In this document: positions 9,726 to 20,562 of the stretch, piece after piece
How positions within the stretch are numbered: position 1 is the stretch's first letter
How the letters are laid out: every line of letters begins with the position of its first letter
From: Candidatus Hermodarchaeota archaeon
GTDB taxonomy: Archaea; Asgardarchaeota; Lokiarchaeia; Sigyniarchaeales; SOKP01
DNA length: 64,000 nt
Reading direction: 5' to 3'
NCBI GenBank assembly: GCA_048885535.1
Contig: JBHLLO010000008.1
Location: 1-64,000, forward strand
The notes under the pieces: generated by a model
The model's database searches: none
Told to the model about the DNA's origin: nothing
The model's input: the letters and a program-made list of their open reading frames with translations, nothing else
Made by a program: the position numbers and the translations under genes

Positions 9726-10502
9726 ATGTCATTAGAATTTCTTAATGCTTTTAAATTCATAAAAAAGCAATCCCTTCTACATAAATTAGATCCACGATCC
9801 AAATTCTTATTCGCTATAATTTATACAGTAGTTGCCTTATTATTTACAGAAATTATCCCTTTATTTCTTATTTTCTTGAGTTTACTTCCTTTCATTTTAA
9901 TAGGAAGATTTTTTAAACAGTGGATAAAGAGTGTACGAGGCTTGTCGTATCTCTATTTGATAATAATTATTTTAAACACCTTGTTCATATCAGATAAAGG
10001 ATTTTCATTTGCAATCTCAATGCTTTTAAGAGTTACAATAATGATATCGGCTTTCTCCATATTCTTTCTCAGTGTAGATCCTAATGATCTGGCACTTTCA
10101 TTTATTTCAATGAAGGTTCCTTATGAATTTGCTTTTTCCTTTTCTCTTGCTTTTAGATTTGTACCAACAATAGCAATGGAAGCACAAAACATTATTGATG
10201 CTCAGCAAAGTAGAGGATATGAAATGCAAAAGAAAGGAATAATTTCTCAAATTAAAAATCTTTTCCCCCTTTTAATCCCTTTGATTATTAATTCAATAAA
10301 GAGAGCTTTTAATGTTGCAGAAGCACTAGAATCTAGAGCTTTTGGTAGTAAAAAAAAGCGAAGTTATTATTTCAAAATTAAATTCACTTATAAAGATTGG
10401 ATTTTTTCCATCTATCTAATAATCTTCTTAATTACATTTATATTTATTAGAATTGAATTCATCGTAATGCCATTTTGGTTTAATTGGAGTTTTCCTGTAT
10501 GA
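9726..10502 (+). CDS. ecfT: ECF transporter transmembrane component T
   Basis: LHKLDPRSK, RFVP, AQQSRG, ALESRAF. Confidence 0.92.
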   Translation: MSLEFLNAFKFIKKQSLLHKLDPRSKFLFAIIYTVVALLFTEIIPLFLIFLSLLPFILIGRFFKQWIKSVRGLSYLYLIIIILNTLFISDKGFSFAISMLLRVTIMISAFSIFFLSVDPNDLALSFISMKVPYEFAFSFSLAFRFVPTIAMEAQNIIDAQQSRGYEMQKKGIISQIKNLFPLLIPLIINSIKRAFNVAEALESRAFGSKKKRSYYFKIKFTYKDWIFSIYLIIFLITFIFIRIEFIVMPFWFNWSFPV

Positions 10503-11146
10503 TGATAAAAGCATTCAATATAAATGAAAAAAATTACTATATAGGATTAAGCCAGTTTAAAATAAATCTAGATTTTAAATTTGAGCAATTCTTTAATATT
10601 TTTGAAAAAATCCAGCATAAGTACAATAAATTAGTTTTACAACTTTTTAACGATAGGTATGTTTTAAATAGTGAGCATATATTTAACGCCTGTTATTATC
10701 TAGAGAAAGTATTTTTAAATAATCAAAATATCTCAAATAAAAAAAATATTGAATTTTTATTATACTTGGCTGCTAATAGACAGATTAAAATAGCGCTAGA
10801 AGATTTTGGGATTAATAGTGAAATTTTTAAAAAGGGTTTTATTAATTTGTGTGTAATTTCATCAGAAAGTAGTTTTCAATCATTAAATCTTGAATTTGAA
10901 AGAATTTTTAACATTAATAGAATAGATTTTGTTCTAGATAATTACTCCCAAAAAAAATATGAAGAGATTAAATTATATTTTGATTTTCCTGATAAACAAA
11001 TTGAGACTGTTTTGGCCTCATATCATAAAAAAATAGATCTTAAAGAAATTCAAGATTCAGACCTTCCTAATCTTTATTTAGCATTAAATGATTTGATTTG
11101 TGAAAAAATGGCTCTACTTTCTTTAGAAAAAGTCAGTTTGGATTAG
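10499..11146 (+). CDS. cgi121: KEOPS subunit Cgi121-like
   Basis: QLFNDRYV...HI...EFLLYLAANRQIKIALEDFGI; ATG overlaps ecfT stop. Confidence 0.85.
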   Translation: MMIKAFNINEKNYYIGLSQFKINLDFKFEQFFNIFEKIQHKYNKLVLQLFNDRYVLNSEHIFNACYYLEKVFLNNQNISNKKNIEFLLYLAANRQIKIALEDFGINSEIFKKGFINLCVISSESSFQSLNLEFERIFNINRIDFVLDNYSQKKYEEIKLYFDFPDKQIETVLASYHKKIDLKEIQDSDLPNLYLALNDLICEKMALLSLEKVSLD

Positions 11147-11666
11147 TCATTTTATTCCTTGTCTTTATTATATCATTTGGTTTTAAGAAGGAAATTCCTG
11201 TGAATTTTCCTAACACCTCTATCCTGACAATTTTATCTGGATTCTCTAAATTAACCTTATTGTCAATTATTCTAGCTATACTTTCAATGAGGTTATCCCG
11301 ATCAATAATCTCATTCTTTCTGCGATTTAATTTTATCATAAATGATTCTTGATTATTGATATATTCTTTCTGATGCTTTTGAATAATTGCTTTTATTGTT
11401 CTTGCATTAGTTTGACATACATAATCAATTGGTACAATCTTAAGGATATACTGAAAGAAATTAGCATTTTGGTTCATGAGTTTCTTAATTTTTGAAACAA
11501 CCTTTCTATGGTTTAATGTTGTAGCCACAGCTATTAATCCTTGAAAATCCAAACTTGAAAATATTGAATAGTGATCTCCACACATTAATAGAATAAACCA
11601 CATTTCTGCTCTTGCGTTATCTTCATTATAACGTGATGTAGAAACTAAAAGATTGAAGTTATTCAA
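11133..11666 (-). CDS. Stand-alone THUMP-domain protein
   Basis: ILKIVPID, FMIKLNRR, KVNLENPDKIVRIEVLG. Confidence 0.88.
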   Translation of the reverse strand: MNNFNLLVSTSRYNEDNARAEMWFILLMCGDHYSIFSSLDFQGLIAVATTLNHRKVVSKIKKLMNQNANFFQYILKIVPIDYVCQTNARTIKAIIQKHQKEYINNQESFMIKLNRRKNEIIDRDNLIESIARIIDNKVNLENPDKIVRIEVLGKFTGISFLKPNDIIKTRNKMTNPN

Positions 11667-11676
11667 TTTAAAATAC

Positions 11677-12348
11677 CTAATATTGAAATTCTTTCTTTAT
11701 TATGTCTTGAACCTCCTCTTCAGTGAGGGTTCCTAGGCGTAAAAATTCTGGTTTGTTGGATGTACATTTAATTATAGTCGTTGCTAATTTTGATTTTAAT
11801 TTACCACCATCAATTATTAGATCTATTGGGCTTAAAAATTTTTTTGCTATTTCATCTCCACTAGTACAAGGGGGCTCCCCTGAGTAATTCGCTGAAGTTC
11901 CTATAATTCCTCCAAAATATCCTCTTGTTTTTAAAATTTGAAGTATATTTACTATAATCTCATTTTTAGGAATTCTTAGACCAATTGTGTCTTTGAACGC
12001 TGTAACTTCCGCAGGAATAATACTTGGTTCCTTTTTTCTTAATACTAAAGTTAATAAACCAGGCCAAAATTTCTTTGCTAAGAATTTTGCTAAATCATTA
12101 AATTCCGCAATCTTTTCAGCCTCTTTAAAATCCAATACAAGTAATATCAAACCTTTTGAACGATCTCGAAACTTTATATTAAAAATCCGATTAACAGCCT
12201 CAAGATTTTTTGGATCAGCCCCGATTCCGTAAACAGAATCGGTTGGAAAGGCGATAATCTTTCCCTCAATAATATTATCAACTGCAATTTCAAGATAAGG
12301 CTTAATCTCTTGTAAATTTTTCCCTCTAACCTTGACTAAAAATCCCAT
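11677..12348 (-). CDS. tsaC: Threonylcarbamoyl-AMP synthase (YrdC/TsaC domain only)
   Basis: FPTDSVYGIG, IKFR, FWPGLLTLV, GTSANYSG. Confidence 0.92.
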   Translation of the reverse strand: MGFLVKVRGKNLQEIKPYLEIAVDNIIEGKIIAFPTDSVYGIGADPKNLEAVNRIFNIKFRDRSKGLILLVLDFKEAEKIAEFNDLAKFLAKKFWPGLLTLVLRKKEPSIIPAEVTAFKDTIGLRIPKNEIIVNILQILKTRGYFGGIIGTSANYSGEPPCTSGDEIAKKFLSPIDLIIDGGKLKSKLATTIIKCTSNKPEFLRLGTLTEEEVQDIIKKEFQY

Positions 12349-12405
12349 TTAGGTTCAAAACATTTATTTTTACTAGATAAAAATGAGTATTGTAAAATAT
12401 TAAAT

Positions 12406-13347
12406 TTATTTAGGATATTTCTCTTGACAACTTAAGCTAATTTCAAGGCGATTCCAAGTGTGATCAAGATACTCTTGAAGTTCAATTAAATCCTTTTCTG
12501 AAATATTTGCAAATCTTTTTTGCTTTGAAAGATAATCTATTAGTGGAACTCTTTTTGATGGATCTAACAATGCTTTACTTGCTTTTGATAATGTCATAAT
12601 TCCATTCTCTACTTCATAGAGAATCCATGAGCCCGTTTTTACAGCTAATCGAGCAATCTGAATTGTATCTTCAGAATTAAATCCCCATCCTGTGCAACAT
12701 GGAGCCATAATGTGGATATATCTACAACCTTTAATTGATTTAGCTCTTTTAAATTTATCATACAAATCGAGGGGTTCACTTATAGAACAAGTAGCTACAT
12801 AAGGCATATCATGAGCTGCCATAATTGCTGGAAGATTCTTTTTAAAACGATCTTTGCCCTTTGTGGTTGTGCTTGTCCATGCACCATGAGGTGTGCTTGA
12901 AGATCTTTGAATACCTGTGTTCATATAAGCTTCATTATCATAACATACATAAATTTGATCAGAATTCCTTTCTGCTGCTCCACTTAAGCCTTGAATTCCT
13001 ATGTCTGCGGTGCCACCATCTCCAGCAAATGTGATTGTAGTCATTTCATCCCAACCTTTACCAGGAAATCTATATGCCTTTGCTTTGAAGGCAGCAGACA
13101 TACCTGTAGCACCTGCTGCACCCGCTGCAAAAGCCATATTTGTAAAAGGGAAATTTGGTGCAGTTTTCGGCCATAACCCTACAACAACATTAAGACAGGA
13201 AGCGGGTGTTACAAGTGCCGTGTTAGGTCCTAAAGCTTTCATCGCCCATCTAAGGGCAATCTCTAAACCACATCCTGCACAACAAGAATTACCTGGAAGA
13301 AAATATTCTTCTTGACAAGATTCTAAAGCTTCTTTTAATTTAACCAT
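12406..13347 (-). CDS. porB: 2-oxoacid:ferredoxin oxidoreductase beta subunit
   Basis: CAGCG, GDGGTADIG, YDNEAYMNTGIQRS; start moved to ATG 13347. Confidence 0.93.
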   Translation of the reverse strand: MVKLKEALESCQEEYFLPGNSCCAGCGLEIALRWAMKALGPNTALVTPASCLNVVVGLWPKTAPNFPFTNMAFAAGAAGATGMSAAFKAKAYRFPGKGWDEMTTITFAGDGGTADIGIQGLSGAAERNSDQIYVCYDNEAYMNTGIQRSSSTPHGAWTSTTTKGKDRFKKNLPAIMAAHDMPYVATCSISEPLDLYDKFKRAKSIKGCRYIHIMAPCCTGWGFNSEDTIQIARLAVKTGSWILYEVENGIMTLSKASKALLDPSKRVPLIDYLSKQKRFANISEKDLIELQEYLDHTWNRLEISLSCQEKYPK

Positions 13348-13351
13348 TTTT

Positions 13352-14608
13352 CTATTCAACCTCCAATAAACCATCCCAAAGAGTTCCATGAATCACATCT
13401 TTTGGAATTTCTCCAGTTTCATTATACCCAACCAACTTCATTAATTGCTTTTTTTGCTGTTCAAGCGTTACCTCTCTTCCACCTAAACCATTAATTATTG
13501 GAAATATCTTTCCAGTTTCTTCCGTATCATGTAAAGCTGCTTTAACTTCACAACTTACAGGACCTCCAGTTTGACAACCAAATGCAGTAGCTCTATCTAT
13601 GACTCCTATAATTTTCACCTTTTTGGCTACCTCAATAACATCTTCTGTTGGAAATGGTCTAAAATGCCTTAATTTTACCATACCAACTTTATAGCCTTCC
13701 TCTCTTAGATCATCTATGGCTTGTTCCATTTGTAAAGCTAAGTCTCCATAAGTAATTACTCCCACATTTGCATTATCCATTTTGTATTCTTGAATCAAAC
13801 CATTACCATAATTCCTGCCAAAGGTTTTTTCAAATTCTTTGGCAACGCTTTTAATTTTTTCTTTTGCTCTAATATGCGCATCATGAATTTTTAATCTAAA
13901 TTCGTAATAAAAGCTGGAGGGCATGATAAGATTTCCAAACATCATTGGTCTTTTTGGATCCATCCAAATGTGTGGCCAACCTTCCTCACTTGGCAACTGT
14001 GGTAAAAATTTGTCTACAGTCTCTTGCTCTTCCAGAATAACTGGTTTAGATGTATGAGAAAGAATAAATCCTCCGTATGACACAAATTTAGGTAAAAGTA
14101 TATCATGATCTTCACAAACTTTATATGACATTAAAATCTCATCATAAATTTCTTGATGCTCCGAACAAAAACAACTCATCCATCCTGTATCTCTCTGACT
14201 TGTAACATCGGTAAAATCAGCCCAAATATTCCATGGAGGAGCTGGACCTCGAGATGCTATAGCAACAACAATGGGAAGTCTAGCTCCAGCAGCCCAATGA
14301 ATCATTTCGTGAGCATAAAATATGCCCTGCCCAGATGTAGCAGTAAATGTACGCGTTCCTGCCTTACTTGCACCAATTACAGCGGCAAAAACACTGTGTT
14401 CTGATTCCATTTTTATGTATTCTGTTCCTGGCATTAAACCATTATCTACAAATTCTGATAATTTTTCAACCACAGTAGTTTGTGGCGTTATTGGATAAGC
14501 ACTAATTACTTGTACCCGTGCCGATTTTGCAGCATACGCAGCTGCTTCATTTCCTTTGATTATGATCGATTCTCTCTTTTGGACAAAATCTTCCTTGATT
14601 TCAGTCAT
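13352..14608 (-). CDS. porA: 2-oxoacid:ferredoxin oxidoreductase alpha subunit
   Basis: [31 protein letters not shown]. Confidence 0.93.
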   Translation of the reverse strand: MTEIKEDFVQKRESIIIKGNEAAAYAAKSARVQVISAYPITPQTTVVEKLSEFVDNGLMPGTEYIKMESEHSVFAAVIGASKAGTRTFTATSGQGIFYAHEMIHWAAGARLPIVVAIASRGPAPPWNIWADFTDVTSQRDTGWMSCFCSEHQEIYDEILMSYKVCEDHDILLPKFVSYGGFILSHTSKPVILEEQETVDKFLPQLPSEEGWPHIWMDPKRPMMFGNLIMPSSFYYEFRLKIHDAHIRAKEKIKSVAKEFEKTFGRNYGNGLIQEYKMDNANVGVITYGDLALQMEQAIDDLREEGYKVGMVKLRHFRPFPTEDVIEVAKKVKIIGVIDRATAFGCQTGGPVSCEVKAALHDTEETGKIFPIINGLGGREVTLEQQKKQLMKLVGYNETGEIPKDVIHGTLWDGLLEVE

Positions 14609-14954
14609 CTTTAATATCACTCTCTCTAATCATTTCTATATTACTTGTAGGACACTCTTTAGCACATATCCCACACCCTTTGCAATATCGTAAATCAATT
14701 TCGAAACTACCATCTTCTTTCCTTTTAATTACACCCTCTGGACAATACATCCAGCATATTCCACATTTATTACAGCCTTCTTTAATAATTGGTCTAAAAG
14801 TTCTCCAATCACCAGTCATACCCAGATTCCCATCAATTGGTAATGAAACTGGAATTGGTGATAATTCCTCCCAATTTTTATATTCTTGAACTTTAGGGCG
14901 TTCTTCTATGGATTTATTAATTTTTTTCCATTTTTTTTGTTCTAACATAATCAC
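14601..14954 (-). CDS. porD: 2-oxoacid:ferredoxin oxidoreductase delta subunit
   Basis: TGDWRTFRP, two 4Fe-4S motifs ([24 protein letters not shown]). Confidence 0.93.
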   Translation of the reverse strand: MIMLEQKKWKKINKSIEERPKVQEYKNWEELSPIPVSLPIDGNLGMTGDWRTFRPIIKEGCNKCGICWMYCPEGVIKRKEDGSFEIDLRYCKGCGICAKECPTSNIEMIRESDIKDD

Positions 14955-15538
14955 ATCTCCCTTACTGATTCATAGGCGTCTTTAGCAACGCTCATATTTT
15001 TTTCTAATCTCTTTTCTCCAAATTCCTTCTTAATTACTTTTTCCATTGTTTTAAGATTGTAATATCCTGTAATCTTCCCAAAAGCTCCTAACATAGGGAT
15101 ATTCAAAATTGGGCCACTTGCGTGCATGAAGTCATGTTTAATGCAGATTCCAGTAGCATCAACTATAAAAATCTTTATATTAGAGGGGAGATCACTCTTC
15201 TCTATTGATTCGGAACTGTTGATTATTAGATTTACTCCTTCCTTTATTGTAGCTTTTATCGTAGGGATGTCTAATAATGATGTATCAAACATAAGTATAA
15301 AATCTGGATTTACTACACTGTCATACGTTTTAATCACTTTACTTTTAGAAACTTTCGTAAAAGCCTGAATTGGAGCTCCCCTACGCTCCGCCCCTATAAT
15401 TGGTATAGCTATTGTATCTTGAAAACCTTCCTCAAATGCCATTTCTGCTAATAATTGACTTGCTGTGATACAAGTTTGACCCCCTCTACAATGCATCGAT
15501 ATTTCTACAATCTTTTCATTGTCTGACAATTTACTCAA
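14951..15538 (-). CDS. porG: 2-oxoacid:ferredoxin oxidoreductase gamma subunit
   Basis: [27 protein letters not shown]. Confidence 0.92.
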   Translation of the reverse strand: MSKLSDNEKIVEISMHCRGGQTCITASQLLAEMAFEEGFQDTIAIPIIGAERRGAPIQAFTKVSKSKVIKTYDSVVNPDFILMFDTSLLDIPTIKATIKEGVNLIINSSESIEKSDLPSNIKIFIVDATGICIKHDFMHASGPILNIPMLGAFGKITGYYNLKTMEKVIKKEFGEKRLEKNMSVAKDAYESVREM

Positions 15539-15741
15539 CTAATATTTCAATATTTGTATAGAATGCAATATGTCAAATAAAGGCACAATGAATAAAAGTT
15601 CTATTGATTTTACTTATATAACTACAATATGAAACAATAGTATAGAATTTATAATAGTAATTGTTATAACAATTAATTTTTCATCAGAAAACTATTATTT
15701 TATATTTATTTTGAGGAATAACCCACTTAGATATTAATGAT

Positions 15742-16305
15742 ATGGCTAATAAGAAGAGAAATAACAAGATAATTCATTCTTTTAAATGCCCTTCATGTCA
15801 AGAGGGAATAATTGACATTGATAGCAATATTTATGATCTCCCAGATGGAGATAAGATGCTTATATTAAAATTTGAATGTAATACTTGCACATTTCATAAA
15901 AATGATATAATTCCGCTAACAACAAACACGGAACCAGGTATTATGATTTTGCGAGTTAAAAATGAAGAAGACCTCAAATCTAAAGTTTATCGCTCTCCAA
16001 CTGGTAAGTTAGAAATCCCAGAATTAGAATTGGTAGTGGAGCCTGGTCCAAGAGCAGATTTCTACTATACAAATGTAGAGGGTATCCTCTTGAGATTTGA
16101 GAATGCTGTTTCAATGTATAAAAATAATCTTAATAAGGATGACCCCGAATTTAAGGAAATTACCCTGATATTAAAAGATCTAAAAAATGCACTTGATGGT
16201 AAATTAAATTTCACTTTGAAAATTACTGACAATGGAGGAGGTAGTTATATTATCCCAATTAATAAATCACATTATAGTTTTGAGAAATTAAAGATATCAA
16301 ATTAA
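15742..16305 (+). CDS. ZPR1 zinc-finger protein
   Basis: CPSC...CNTC, IPELELVVEPGP, TNVEGIL, ITDNGGGSYI. Confidence 0.88.
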   Translation: MANKKRNNKIIHSFKCPSCQEGIIDIDSNIYDLPDGDKMLILKFECNTCTFHKNDIIPLTTNTEPGIMILRVKNEEDLKSKVYRSPTGKLEIPELELVVEPGPRADFYYTNVEGILLRFENAVSMYKNNLNKDDPEFKEITLILKDLKNALDGKLNFTLKITDNGGGSYIIPINKSHYSFEKLKISN

Positions 16306-16411
16306 ACTCAAAGCTTAAATAATGTAAGGATTTCTCTAGATTTTTTTAATATAGTTTAAATAGTTATCAACAATTTTTTAACCAAAAATAGTTTAATTAA
16401 TTAGTTAAAAT

Positions 16412-16419
16412 AAGGTGAT
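16412..16419 (+). promoter_or_regulatory. Shine-Dalgarno site of pfk
   Basis: AAGGTGAT with the GGTGA core 6 nt before ATG 16425. Confidence 0.75.
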
Positions 16420-16424
16420 CTTAT

Positions 16425-17604
16425 ATGACTATTAAAAAAGTTGGAATTTTAACGGGCGGCGGAGCCATGCTCAAGAACTCCCTTGACTGCCGTATACTGC
16501 CCCGGATTAAATTCAGTAATTTATGGCATAATGTTAAAGGCTTATGATTCAGGTGTGGAATGTGTAGGAATCTTAAAGGGTTGGAAAGGCTTTATGGAAA
16601 ATGATACTATTCCTTTGGAAATTGCTGAACATGATGATCTTCATACTTTAGGTGGAACAATCTTATACACAAGTCGTACTAATCCTTTTAAGGCAGCTCG
16701 TTCGAAAGAGGAAAAAGCAAAAGAATTAGCAAACAAATTTGATGAAATAGGTATTGATGCATTAATAACCATTGGAGGGGATGATACCTTGGGAGTAGCA
16801 AATTCTATATATAAGCTTACTAATGCAAAGGTAGTTGGAGTTCCTAAAACTATAGATAATGACCTTCTGGGAACACATTACACATTCGGATTCTGGAGTG
16901 CTGTCCAATTAGCATCTAATACACTAGATAATCTAACCACAACCGCTCATTCTCATCAAAGGGTGTTTGTGGTTGAAATAATGGGCAGAGATGCTGGTTT
17001 TCTTACCATGTATAGTGGAATCTCGGCTGGCGCTGATATTATTTTAATACCAGAGACTCCATTTGATTTTGAAAAAGATGTTATTGATGTACTTAAAAAA
17101 AGAGTCAATGCAGGATATAAATATCATATAATTGCAATTTCTGAAGGTGCTTATCCAAAATTGGAATCATTAAATCGAGATTTTAAGACAATTTCAAATG
17201 AAACTATTGATAAATTACCAAAAGATACATTTGGTAATCCCTTGCTTGCGAAGTTAGGTATGTCTCAAATAATTGTAAATGAATTGAATTTAAGAGAGGA
17301 TTTGAAAAAAGAATTTATAAAAAATGGAGTAGAGTTTGAATGCAGAAGTGTTGTTCTAGGTCATACTATGCGTGCTGGCACTCCTAATTCATTTGATAGA
17401 ATATTAGGCTTAAGATTTGGGCTAGCTGCTATGAAATTGGTATTGGAAGGTAAATTCGGAAATATGGTGTCTTTACAAGGAAATAAAATCACTACAGTCC
17501 CACTCTCAGAAGGAGTAAAAAAAAAATACATCACAGCAGAAAATGATAAAATGGAATTACGAGATTTGCTTGTCAAAATACGGTATCTATCAAAACAAAA
17601 ATAA
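16425..17604 (+). CDS. pfk: PfkA-family, probably PPi-dependent, phosphofructokinase; spliced join(16425..16464,16496..17604), 382 aa
   Basis: Spliced N-terminus MTIKKVGILTGGGDCPGLN; GGTILYTSR, GGDDT (Asp) and PKTIDND (Lys) typical of PPi use; MGRDAG, LGHTMRAG. Confidence 0.9.
16465..16495 (+). other. 31-nt BHB-type intron inside the pfk mRNA (frame-shifting)
   Basis: Central helix GCGG(16459-62)/CCGT(16490-93), bulges AG^C and AT^A, inner CA/TG and TCAAG/CTTGA pairs; removal joins G+AC into the Asp codon. Confidence 0.85.
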
Positions 17605-17883
17605 ATTCCTGAATAAAAAAGTACTTTGGATTGAAGACGTTATTGAAACAGAATCTACTAATACTGGTGATTATTTTAAACTTGAGATATTAAAATAGTT
17701 TATCCAAAATCTCATCAACTACATCAACATCTAAGAAAACAAATCTAAAAAATTATTTACTGTTACTTCAAGCAAAATTCTAAGTTCAATCGAAGTTCCA
17801 GACTTTAAACTATAAATGAGATAAAGAATTTTTAGATGTTATATAGAAGTAATTAATAAAAACCTTAATTAGAAGAATTTCGT

Positions 17884-19167
17884 ATGTTTAAAAAAATCAA
17901 ACGTGCATATCGAGAATATCCTAACTCATTTAAAGTACTCACTCTTGCCACCTTCGTTGATACATTAGGGAGATTTCTATTATTTCCTTTTTTTGCAATA
18001 TACATAACCGAACATTTTAATGTAGGGCTTCTTCAAGTAGGATTCCTATTTTCAATCTTTGCAGCAGGAAATATATTCGGTGGCGTGATCGGAGGTGCAC
18101 TAGCTGATAAATATGGTCGTCGTAAGATAATTTTGTTTGGGTTGATTGTGAGTGGGATTTCGAGCATTTCAATGGGTTTAGTTAATGATCTCTATGTTTT
18201 TTATATACTTGCTTCAATTTTAGGTTTATTGGGTAATTTTGGAGGGCCTGCTCGGCAAGCTATGGTATCAGATCTACTTCCTAAAGAGAAACGAGCAGAA
18301 GGGTTTGGAATCCTTCGAGTAGCCCTTAATGTTTCAGCTGTAATAGGTCCTATTCTTGGTGGACTTTTAGCAACCCGCTCCTACATGCTTCTATTTATTG
18401 CAGATGCAGTGAGCAGTATAATTACTGGATTTATTGTATATCTAGTTATTCCAGAGACGAAGCCACAAACGCAAGATAACAAACCTGAAGAAACCGTTTT
18501 TAAAACTCTTATTGGATATAAGGATGTTTTTAAAGATTGGTTATTTGTACTATTTCTCGCTATCTCTGCCATAACAGTAATTGTATATATGCAATTAAAT
18601 AGTACACTATCCGTATTTTTATGGGAAGTTCACTCGTTTCCAGTGCAGACTTTTGGGTGGCTGTTAAGTATGAATGCGATCATGGTCGTATTTTTACAAT
18701 TTTGGATAACTAAAAAGCTATCTAAATATGCTCCCATGAAGATGATGGCTCTTGGATCGCTTTTTTATATGGTTGGCTTTGGAATGTATGGTTTTGTTTC
18801 AGCACCATACATGTTTTTTATTGCAATGGCAATTCTAACAATAGGAGAAATGATCGCTATACCTATTAGTCAAAGTGCAGCTGCATCATTTGCACCTGAA
18901 GATAAACGAGGGCGCTATATGGCAGTATTTGGGTTACACTGGGCAATCCCAAATCTATTTGCAGTTATCCTTGCTGGTTTAGTATCAGAAATTTTAGGTC
19001 CTAATTGGGTATGGTATTTGGCAGGTGTTCTAGGTCTAATTGCTGCGATAGGTTTTTGGCTTCTTCATGGCATTGCTAAAGATCGTTTTTCAAGTAAAAT
19101 TATGCAAGAAAAAGAAGAAATTCCAAAAAAAGAAAGAGAAGAAATCCCTGAAATAACTATTGCATAA
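17884..19167 (+). CDS. MFS transporter (DHA1/MdtH-like)
   Basis: GALADKYGRRK motif A, about 12 hydrophobic segments, APEDKRGRY. Confidence 0.92.
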   Translation: MFKKIKRAYREYPNSFKVLTLATFVDTLGRFLLFPFFAIYITEHFNVGLLQVGFLFSIFAAGNIFGGVIGGALADKYGRRKIILFGLIVSGISSISMGLVNDLYVFYILASILGLLGNFGGPARQAMVSDLLPKEKRAEGFGILRVALNVSAVIGPILGGLLATRSYMLLFIADAVSSIITGFIVYLVIPETKPQTQDNKPEETVFKTLIGYKDVFKDWLFVLFLAISAITVIVYMQLNSTLSVFLWEVHSFPVQTFGWLLSMNAIMVVFLQFWITKKLSKYAPMKMMALGSLFYMVGFGMYGFVSAPYMFFIAMAILTIGEMIAIPISQSAAASFAPEDKRGRYMAVFGLHWAIPNLFAVILAGLVSEILGPNWVWYLAGVLGLIAAIGFWLLHGIAKDRFSSKIMQEKEEIPKKEREEIPEITIA

Positions 19168-19291
19168 GTTTTTATAAAAACTCATTTTATAGAGAAATAA
19201 AAGTAAGATCAAGATTACATCTTGGAATACATCAAATATCGTAAAAGAACAGTTTCACGAAAAAACATATAATAAAAAAATAAAATATACA

Positions 19292-19588
19292 TTAAATTTC
19301 AAAAATTTCTTTAGCTTTTTTTTCAATAATCTCATTATTTACAAGATCCCAAATTTCAGCATAGAAAAAATCTTTATCATTTTTAACAATTATAGGTATG
19401 CCCTCAACACATGCGCTCATATCGCAAAATAGGCTATTAAATGTAGGATTCTTCATTAAAGGATCATCGAAATCCTCTGGATCTTGGTAATCTAAAATCT
19501 TGTAATCTACATTTTTACCTTTAAGCCATTCTTCTAATTTTTCACAAAAGAAACAATTCTTTTTTGTAATTATTTTAAATTTTGCCAT
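19292..19588 (-). CDS. Glutaredoxin-like protein
   Basis: ITKKNCFFCEKL CxxC, GIPII cis-Pro segment. Confidence 0.75.
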   Translation of the reverse strand: MAKFKIITKKNCFFCEKLEEWLKGKNVDYKILDYQDPEDFDDPLMKNPTFNSLFCDMSACVEGIPIIVKNDKDFFYAEIWDLVNNEIIEKKAKEIFEI

Positions 19589-19662
19589 GTTAAGAATTTA
19601 GATGAAATTATTTTTAAAAGTTCTCTTATGAATTTATAAACAATAATTTTACTATAGTCGTA

Positions 19663-20340
19663 ATGAATAAATTTTTTTCAATTTATATTTATACTCCATG
19701 GGATAAACTTCCAGATGAAAACTTGACCATAGTCAAATTGTTATCCTTAAAAAGCATTTTTCAAAATTATCCTGTGATCGAACCAAGTTTTTTTGATGAT
19801 CTCACCTCTAATATATCAAACCAACAGCACTATTCTTGGTATAAAAGCATTAAAAGAGTAGTTGGACCGGAAAGTGAAGATTATGAAATAAAAAATTGGA
19901 ATTTTATTTGGGCTATGGATAATAAGAACCGTATATTTCAATTTCTATTTCAAAAAATCACATCTGGTAAGGATTCAAAGCGAATTCTAGTAGCTTTAGC
20001 GCCCCCTGAATTAGGAAAGTTATTTGTGCAGTATAAAGCTGCTGCAATTTTGCGTACACTTTCATTGCTTAATAAACCTGAGCAAATAAAATTTTTGATT
20101 ATACTCACTCCTAAAGGAAAATCAATAGCAGAAGAACAACAAATAATTAAATTTAATAAACAGGATCTAGATGAACTTCAATTAATAAACATGCTAAAAA
20201 AAATACCTAATGTGCAAGGTCAATGGTTTCCCAATTTTGCTCCAAGATGTCCCAACTGTAACGAATTAATGATTGAGTTAAAGGGATATACCGTTGGTTT
20301 TGGTAAATTAATTTGTCCCCGTTGTGGTTATAAGAATTAA
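19663..20340 (+). CDS. Hypothetical protein with C-terminal zinc ribbon
   Basis: 225 aa ORF ending CPNC...CPRCGY. Confidence 0.65.
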   Translation: MNKFFSIYIYTPWDKLPDENLTIVKLLSLKSIFQNYPVIEPSFFDDLTSNISNQQHYSWYKSIKRVVGPESEDYEIKNWNFIWAMDNKNRIFQFLFQKITSGKDSKRILVALAPPELGKLFVQYKAAAILRTLSLLNKPEQIKFLIILTPKGKSIAEEQQIIKFNKQDLDELQLINMLKKIPNVQGQWFPNFAPRCPNCNELMIELKGYTVGFGKLICPRCGYKN

Positions 20341-20562
20341 AAATCTCCACAAGAATAACTAATTCATAAAGCATATTGAATAAAAAATTGGAATTTTCAA
20401 TAAAAAATTCGATTTTTCTTTAATTATTTATTATTCTTGTGTTCATAAATTAAATTAAATTAAATCATAAACTTATTAAAAGAACACACTAATAATGATA
20501 CTTATAAATAGATTTAATATTCATTACTTATTAATAATTAAATTGATATGGGAAAAATGTAG

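Noticed and set aside
16483-16497. Listed TTG start (MTAVY) for pfk, or pfk as a frameshifted pseudogene
   Set aside because: This start omits the essential GILTGGGD strand/loop and lies inside the insert. The rest of the gene is intact and the insert has exact BHB geometry, which favours splicing over decay.
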